From Candidatus Altiarchaeota archaeon (GTDB taxonomy: Archaea > Altiarchaeota > Altiarchaeia > IMC4 > SCGC-AAA252-I15): 64,000 nt of DNA. The position numbers were made by a program, and so were the translations under genes. Numbering within the stretch: position 1 is the first letter of the stretch; each line of letters opens with the position of its first letter. The stretch spans positions 32,001 through 96,000 of the forward strand of contig JAZDMS010000023.1 of assembly GCA_043800705.1 (NCBI GenBank), in the 5' to 3' direction. Under the pieces are notes generated by a model, which did not search any database, was not told the DNA's origin, and worked only from the letters and a program-made list of their open reading frames with translations. Shown here piece by piece: positions 58,479 to 64,000 of the stretch.

Positions 58479-59101
58479 ATCCTCACCGCCTCGCCCATGG
58501 TCGTCTTCACGAAAAGCGACTTGATGTTGTCCTTGGGTATGACACGCTCTATCGCGGTGTAGACGGCGAGCACGTTCTCTGCGATATCCGCAGCCTGCAT
58601 CTCATCTGAGCCCACTGGTATCTGTATCATGGGTAGCTTCTTCGTCTTGATCCTGACGGTGTTCTTGGCACGCTTGATGAGCTCTTCGATCGGCGCGTTG
58701 CCGGGGACCGGCTGCGGCATCTTACCGCGGGGACCCAATACGATACCCCACGACTTCCCGATCTGGCCCATCATGTCCGCCTGAGCGAGGAAACTGTAGC
58801 ACTGGCCGGCGTAGACGCGCATCTTCCTCTTGTTAGAGGAGTACTCCTCCATCTCCGCCTTGCTCATGACGTGCTTCGAAGCCTGCTTCGCGCGGACGTT
58901 CATGTCGCCGTCGCCGAAGACGCCGACCTCGATGTCTTTGCCCCTGCCTTTGGGCAGGTTGACGTTGAGGTTCAGCTTATGGGCGCCCTCTATCTCGACG
59001 CCCTGGAAGTTGAACATGACATCCACTGTCTGCTTGAACTTTCGCTCCGTCTTCTTAGACAAAGCCTCCTCGATCTTGGGTACGAATTCGCTTGCTTCCA
59101 T
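58472..59101 (-). other. rpl1: 50S ribosomal protein uL1
   Basis: RKFKQTVD, LGPRGKMP, KTTMG. Confidence 0.95.
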
Positions 59102-59114
59102 TATCTTAGCCCTC

Positions 59115-59134
59115 CTAGCCGAAAAGTCGGCTAG
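59115..59134 (-). promoter_or_regulatory. Leader hairpin of rpl1 (CUAGCCGA-CUUU-UCGGCUAG) between a TTTAAA box and the SD GGAGG
   Basis: Perfect 8-bp stem abutting the SD sequence. Confidence 0.45.
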
Positions 59135-59241
59135 TACAACGGGTTTTAAAGAATAAGCAATACTCCTATAAAAGCGCGCATTATCCCCGTGTAATCAACG
59201 ATTTAAGCTCGCAACGCCATATTACTATACAAGGTATATTC

Positions 59242-59850
59242 ATGAGTCCGACGACAAACGAGATCGTCCAGGCCATTCGCGACCCCGCACTTCTGGAACA
59301 GGTGAAGCAGGTCGAGATCGACCAGCTCAGGAAATTGAAGACCGGCGGGGAAGGCCGGCAGACGACGGAACCCACGAACCTGAACGACTTCCTCATGGAC
59401 CTCCATGGCGGGGGGATGGCCAAGGAGCTTAACCAATTCTTCGTGAGGATGACCGATGCCCAGGGTTCATTGCAGAAGCTGGCCAAGCGCCTGAGGGGTC
59501 CTCTCAAGGAGCAGGCAAACAAAGGCATCGAGATGTTCTCGCCGGAAGTGGTGGCCCGGACGGATAGCGGCATCATCATAAAGTTGACGGCTCAACGCGG
59601 GAAGCTGGAGACGTCCTCCAATTTCCACCCGAAAGAGGGATTCGCAGCCGGAAATGCATTGACGCCCATCGGAAAAAACGAGCGGGTCATGTGGTCTTTG
59701 GCTGTCCAAAAAAGCGAGATGATGACGCTCGACGGAGTGAAGGAGAAGGTATTGGCGGGCATAACCGGATACAAGGAGAATGCCCTTGCCGGGTTGATGT
59801 TGGTTTCAGAGGCGTTGGAGGGGCGGATCTGCCCCCCGCAGAAAAAATGA
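59242..59850 (+). CDS. Hypothetical protein
   Basis: 202-aa ORF with upstream AT-rich promoter-like region. Confidence 0.65.
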   Translation: MSPTTNEIVQAIRDPALLEQVKQVEIDQLRKLKTGGEGRQTTEPTNLNDFLMDLHGGGMAKELNQFFVRMTDAQGSLQKLAKRLRGPLKEQANKGIEMFSPEVVARTDSGIIIKLTAQRGKLETSSNFHPKEGFAAGNALTPIGKNERVMWSLAVQKSEMMTLDGVKEKVLAGITGYKENALAGLMLVSEALEGRICPPQKK

Positions 59851-59948
59851 ACGAAAAGGACGAACTCAAGCGGATAAAGGCCGAAGTATTGGAGACCCTG
59901 AAGCTGGCGGACGCGTTCGTCGAGAAACACTGCAAAAAGGGGAAATAG
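59847..59948 (+). CDS. Putative 33-aa peptide
   Basis: ATGA overlap with the upstream stop; MNEKDELKRIKAEVLETLKLADAFVEKHCKKGK. Confidence 0.4.
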   Translation: MNEKDELKRIKAEVLETLKLADAFVEKHCKKGK

Positions 59949-60001
59949 GTCCTATGCCCGGAAGTAGAGCACCGTCAGCCTTTCCCTTCCCCTGTGATAT
60001 G

Positions 60002-60358
60002 TCACGGCAGCCAGGAGTTCGCCGTCTCGTGGACCTGGCCGATCTCCAGCGGGAATCCCCCGAAGGTCGGTTCATCGGGGTTGACGACCTGTATCTTGGC
60101 GGGTTTCCCCACGTTGTTGGGTTCAGTACTAACGCCGCAGTCGACTCCAGCAGCCCTGACTTTTTTCCAGTCCTCCTCCGACGGCACCTTGTCGGCAGGC
60201 AATGCCGCCTTCGGCAGGGGGACGTCCCTCATACCTGCCCTAGACAAAGCCGTCTTGAGAGCCTTCAGCTCCGGGCCCAGGCTGGCGTCTGCTACCTTAA
60301 CTGGCGGTACCGAAGGATTCGACCCTAAATTTGCTTCCCTCTCGACCATATCAATCAA
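60002..60358 (-). CDS. Hypothetical protein
   Basis: 118-aa ORF, no motif. Confidence 0.45.
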   Translation of the reverse strand: MIDMVEREANLGSNPSVPPVKVADASLGPELKALKTALSRAGMRDVPLPKAALPADKVPSEEDWKKVRAAGVDCGVSTEPNNVGKPAKIQVVNPDEPTFGGFPLEIGQVHETANSWLP

Positions 60359-60397
60359 TGGGGAGCATCCGAATACATCCTAAAGCCTGAGTCGGGA

Positions 60398-60471
60398 TTG
60401 TCGCTTTCCCGCTGTGGGTGCCTAGCCTTTCGCTACAGCCTTCTCCCCCTTGATCTCTTCAATGTGGCCGA
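60398..60471 (-). pseudogene. Degenerate duplicate of the rpl11 3' tail
   Basis: Reads GHIEEIK-GEKAVA--KG*APTAG versus rpl11 GHIEEAKKEEKAPAAAEGAAPAAE; TCGGCCACATYGAAGAG 16/17 identical. Confidence 0.75.
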
Positions 60472-60477
60472 TGGGAT

Positions 60478-61590
60478 TCACTTCTTCTTTTTCAGAAGGA
60501 GCATTAGCTGGCCGTCAAGGTTGTCGCCGGCGTATGATTTGCCGGTCAGATGCCCCCTGTTCAGCCCGTATCTCATTATCTCGAATCCGAGGTCCTCGAT
60601 CTCGTCCCTTGCCGGCATCTCCCTCATATGCAGTAGCAGGTCTATGGACATTCCGTACATAATCGCCGGTTCGATTACGCAGAAGCCGCCCACTTTGAGT
60701 ATCTCGTGGGCGTTCGCCAGAGCCATCCTCGCCTGGCCTTCCCGGACCTGCACAGTCGCGCCTCCCGGGCTCCCGATGAATCCCTTCATACTGACTGCGG
60801 AGGACTTCATTTTGCCGAATTCGGAGCGGAACCTTTCAGGGAACGCCTCTTTGGTGGGATCGGCGTCTAGGACCCTCACACCCTCCCCATTTGCATAGGC
60901 CAGCAGCCTCGCGTTCACGTCGACGCCGATGCCCTCCGCACCTATCCCTTCGCCGCTTATGTAATTCACATATGAGGCTATGTTGCAGCCGAAGTCCACT
61001 ATCCTCTCCCCCCGGAGGGATCCCATGGCTCCTACCAGGACCCGATGTATGAGTTCATACGACGGGGCTGAATTGCAGTCCTCCCCAGTACGATCCTTGA
61101 ATAGTTCTCTGGCCCTCCTGGAATAATCGTCTTCAAGGGGTATCATTCTCCTATCCCAAGCCGGGAAGTGGATGGGTTCAGGCAGCAGCCGGTAATTTTC
61201 CGGCTGGGGCCCATCTGCAAGCCGGTCAAAATAGGCTCCTGCGCGTCCGATGAAATTGCTTCTGTCAGGGGCATATCCCCCCCTGCCATTGACCTCCAAT
61301 GTGCGAGCGAAGCTTTCAGGAAAATTCTCCGTGTTTGCGAGCGAAAAGGCCCCCCCGGAGAAAAGCTCCCTCGCCCCGGCTAGGTTGTCAGGGCTAAGCT
61401 GCCTTGAAAGGGCATACAGGCAAAACAGTTTTTCCCCTGGGGACTTCCTACCGAATCCCTTATATGACGGCGGACCGGTTGATTTGACCGGTTGAGCCGG
61501 CATCAGAGCTGAAAATGGAGCATGTTGTAGTCCCTGCGGATAGTGCTCTTTCCTCTTATGGGCCCATTCTGGCATAAACAATACCCGCAT
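60478..61590 (-). CDS. Class I SAM-dependent methyltransferase-like protein (start uncertain)
   Basis: IVDFGC, IGVDVN, HEILKVGG. Confidence 0.7.
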   Translation of the reverse strand: MRVLFMPEWAHKRKEHYPQGLQHAPFSALMPAQPVKSTGPPSYKGFGRKSPGEKLFCLYALSRQLSPDNLAGARELFSGGAFSLANTENFPESFARTLEVNGRGGYAPDRSNFIGRAGAYFDRLADGPQPENYRLLPEPIHFPAWDRRMIPLEDDYSRRARELFKDRTGEDCNSAPSYELIHRVLVGAMGSLRGERIVDFGCNIASYVNYISGEGIGAEGIGVDVNARLLAYANGEGVRVLDADPTKEAFPERFRSEFGKMKSSAVSMKGFIGSPGGATVQVREGQARMALANAHEILKVGGFCVIEPAIMYGMSIDLLLHMREMPARDEIEDLGFEIMRYGLNRGHLTGKSYAGDNLDGQLMLLLKKKK

Positions 61591-61658
61591 CCGCGATTAA
61601 AATACGAAACCCACGGTGCGGGAAAAATAACGGGAAAAAATCGAAGAAGGGAAGAGCA

Positions 61659-62339
61659 TTACTTCTTCTCCTTCTTGCCTTCCGGCTTCTTATCCGCGGC
61701 TGGCTTCTTGTCGCCTTCGGCCTTCTTCTCGCCTTCCGCCGCGGGTGCCGCGCCTTCTGCTGCCGCTGGAGCCTTCTCCTCCTTCTTGGCCTCTTCGATG
61801 TGGCCGAGGAGCTTCACGGTCTTGGCTTCCTTGTGGACCAGCTTCGGCATCGTCTGCGTCTTGCCGGATATGTAGTCGTCTAGTATGTTCGTCCTCAGCG
61901 CCTCCTGCATCTCCTTTGGTGTGAGGCCGTTTATGGAAATCCTCAGGCTCTGGCAGCTTCCCACCACTTCCTTAACCGCGCCTTTGAGGTCTTTTGCGAG
62001 TGTGGATCCCATCTTGCTCTTGGCGACTTCCAGTACCTGGTTGAAGCCGAGGTCTCCGATGAGCTCCTTTCCGCCGCCTCCCTTCTCGGCTCCCAGCGCC
62101 TTGACTATAAGAGCCGATGTCGGGGGGCTGCCGACTATGATATCGAACTTCTTCGTCTCGGGATCGACTTGGACTTCGACCGGGACCTTCATACCCCGAA
62201 ACGATGCCGTCATCTTGTTGATCTCTTCGACCACTTTTCCTGCGTTGACGCCAAGCGGACCCAATGCGGGACCGAGCGGCGGACCCGGCGTCGCTGCGCC
62301 GCCTTCGACCATTACCTTGACTGAAGCCTTCTTACTCAT
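61659..62339 (-). CDS. rpl11: 50S ribosomal protein uL11 with long charged C-terminal tail
   Basis: GGAATPGPPLGPALGPLG, GMKVPV, SPPTSALI, KEVVGSC. Confidence 0.95.
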   Translation of the reverse strand: MSKKASVKVMVEGGAATPGPPLGPALGPLGVNAGKVVEEINKMTASFRGMKVPVEVQVDPETKKFDIIVGSPPTSALIVKALGAEKGGGGKELIGDLGFNQVLEVAKSKMGSTLAKDLKGAVKEVVGSCQSLRISINGLTPKEMQEALRTNILDDYISGKTQTMPKLVHKEAKTVKLLGHIEEAKKEEKAPAAAEGAAPAAEGEKKAEGDKKPAADKKPEGKKEKK

Positions 62340-62844
62340 CCTTATCCCTCGTGATGACCTTGATGTCGTCGCCGCTGACTACGACCGGAATCGGCACCGC
62401 GGCCTCTATGAGTTCGACCGTGATCTCGTTCTTGTCCTTGTCGATCTTGGCGACCCTCGCCTTCTCGCCCTTGAACGGGCCGGCTATGAGTTCTATCATA
62501 TCCCCCCTGTTGACTTCCATGACCACCGACTTCGGCTTAAGCGTCTTTTCGAGGTCGGATATCGGGATGACGCCTGCGCTTTCCAGGTTTCCCTTCTCCT
62601 TCAGGAGCAGTCCGCGGGTCTTGGGGACGTCCCTTGCAAGGTCTTCAACGACTCCCGGGCTGTTCGCCTCAACGAGGACGTAGCCTTTCAGGCCTGTCGT
62701 GTAAAGGACGCTATAGATCTTTCCGCCTTCGGATTCGATGAGGGCCTTCTTGTTCTTGGCCTCCCTGTACAGGAGTTCCGCGACTACCCTCTCCTGGCCC
62801 GCCGTCGCCTTCACTGCGTAAATCTTTGGTGTGTCCTCTGACAT
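62332..62844 (-). CDS. spt5: Transcription elongation factor Spt5 (NusG family)
   Basis: TAGQE, LKGYVLVEA, KOW GPFKGEKARV, AVPIPV. Confidence 0.95.
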   Translation of the reverse strand: MSEDTPKIYAVKATAGQERVVAELLYREAKNKKALIESEGGKIYSVLYTTGLKGYVLVEANSPGVVEDLARDVPKTRGLLLKEKGNLESAGVIPISDLEKTLKPKSVVMEVNRGDMIELIAGPFKGEKARVAKIDKDKNEITVELIEAAVPIPVVVSGDDIKVITRDKDE

Positions 62845-62848
62845 TTTA

Positions 62849-63040
62849 TCACATCGCCCACTGGAAATACTGGAATATCAGGAATATTATAAACCCAATC
62901 GTGCCTGTTATCAGTATCCCGGCGCCGCATATCTTGACCGATTCCGTATACTCGGACCTCTTCGGCTTCCTCGTCAGCCTCAGTATCCTGCGGGTCTCGC
63001 TGATGGCCCTAGCCGCCGGGCTGAAAACGTTAGCTATCAT
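62849..63040 (-). CDS. secE: Protein translocase SecE/Sec61-gamma
   Basis: RILRLTRKPKRSEY...GTIGFII; ftsZ-secE-spt5-rpl11 order; TTATAAA ~30 nt upstream. Confidence 0.92.
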   Translation of the reverse strand: MIANVFSPAARAISETRRILRLTRKPKRSEYTESVKICGAGILITGTIGFIIFLIFQYFQWAM

Positions 63041-63077
63041 GATATGGCTCCAAGTATAAGGGATTACCCCTTTATAA

Positions 63078-63136
63078 GTTGAGGACATAACTCTTCGGAG
63101 TACGCGTGCATCCTCTGGAGGGCCGCCGTCCTCAAC
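63078..63136. other. Structured three-way-junction element between ftsZ and secE (candidate ncRNA or terminator)
   Basis: Closing stem GTTGAGGAC/GTCCTCAAC, ACTC-TTCG-GAGT hairpin, GCG..GC..CCT/AGG..GC-CGC hairpin. Confidence 0.5.
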
Positions 63137-63189
63137 ATACAACCGAGAGCCGGGTTCGAGTCAAAATGCATACGCTCCCGATTAAAAGC

Positions 63190-64000
63190 CTACAGGCTCT
63201 TGAGGCCTATGTCCCCTCCCCGTTGCTCTCCGTGGCTGACTTTGTCCTCCAGGGCCTCCTCGTACCCCGGCACGCTGACGCCGGATAGTATCAGGAGGGT
63301 CTTTATGACGTTCCTGTCGAGGTTGTCCTCAATCTGGGCTCCCCAGATTATCTCGGCTTCGGGGCTAATCCTCTCCGAGACGACCCTCACTATCTCTTCC
63401 GCCTCTTCGAGTGTCATGTCCCTGGAGCCGATGATGTTGATGAGGGCGCCTGTGGCGTTGCTTATGTCGGTGTCAAGAAGCGGCGACGTTAGCGCCTTTT
63501 CCACGGACTCCCTTGAGCGCTGCTCCATCGGTGTGTCCTTCGCCGAGGATCCGAGGCCTATCATCGCCGTGCCGCCGTCCTTCATGATGGCGCGGACGTC
63601 CGCGAAGTCCAGGTTGACTAGCCCCGGCTTCGTAACCATCTCGGTGATTCCCTTGACGCTGTTGGAAAGGAGCTCGTCCGCGACCTTGAACGCGGCATTA
63701 AGCGGCAGGTTAGGGGCGATGTCCAAAAGCCTGTCGTTGGGGATGACTATTACTGTATCAGCGTATTTTCTGAGCTTCTTCAGCCCTCTCAGGGCGTTTT
63801 CGGCCCTGACGCGGCCTTCGACGCTGAACGGCAGCGTGACGATGGCGATCGTGAGCGCCTGCAGCTCCTTCGCGACTTCCGCGACGACCGGCGCGCTTCC
63901 GGTCCCGGTTCCGCCGCCGAGGCCGCATGTTATGAATACTAGGTCTGCGCCTTGGAGGGCCCCGGATATTTTGTCCACGTCGGCTTCGGCGCATTGTTCC
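63190..64000 (-). CDS. ftsZ: Cell division protein FtsZ (5' end outside the window)
   Basis: GLGGGTGTG tubulin signature, [20 protein letters not shown]. Confidence 0.97.
   Translation of the reverse strand, partial: EQCAEADVDKISGALQGADLVFITCGLGGGTGTGSAPVVAEVAKELQALTIAIVTLPFSVEGRVRAENALRGLKKLRKYADTVIVIPNDRLLDIAPNLPLNAAFKVADELLSNSVKGITEMVTKPGLVNLDFADVRAIMKDGGTAMIGLGSSAKDTPMEQRSRESVEKALTSPLLDTDISNATGALINIIGSRDMTLEEAEEIVRVVSERISPEAEIIWGAQIEDNLDRNVIKTLLILSGVSVPGYEEALEDKVSHGEQRGGDIGLKSL

Noticed and set aside
63140-63160. tRNA gene (GGTTCGAGTC T-loop-like motif)
   Set aside because: No T-stem closure, acceptor stem or anticodon arm can be formed

Overview
Archaeal chromosomal window (GC-rich, mostly TATA-box promoters about 25-30 nt before the start codon). 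The ribosomal/transcription genes (rpl1, rplP0, rpl11, spt5, secE, ftsZ, dph2, DRG GTPase) are archaeal; a DPANN/Altiarchaeota-like host is my inference, not a search result. The housekeeping backbone comprises a sugar-nucleotide/pentose-phosphate cluster (PMM/PGM, RHH-fused nucleotidyltransferase, split transketolase, rpe, galE-like, UDP-glucuronate decarboxylase, galU, ugd), aroD-larB-TPR-larC-aroE, alaS and ftsZ-secE-spt5-rpl11...rpl1-rplP0. It is interrupted by accessory genes: a 1554-aa multi-kinase-like protein, a two-component pair, an AAA ATPase, a methyltransferase and orphans. Main observations: (1) at four loci accessory DNA is bracketed by a diverged second copy of the end of the adjacent gene (alaS 3' end, rpl11 3' tail, PrgI-VirB4 5' end, 3' end of a 133-aa ORF in three copies), with no recognisable integrase or transposase, suggesting a recurrent gene-end-anchored capture process; (2) an unannotated box C/D sRNA (2138-2200, minus) whose D guide puts the D+5 position on C34 of a CAU-anticodon tRNA; (3) two tandem ~120-150 nt covarying double-hairpin units next to it, each tied to the same 25-bp TATA-like element; (4) a compositionally mosaic AlaRS with an AT-rich 14-aa repeat insertion; (5) a PrgI-VirB4 fusion/MoxR/VirB11-like cluster that could supply incoming DNA; (6) two heptamer-periodic inverted-repeat elements. 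No CRISPR array, tRNA, rRNA, reverse transcriptase or transposase was recognised. Functional calls come from motif recognition by eye.
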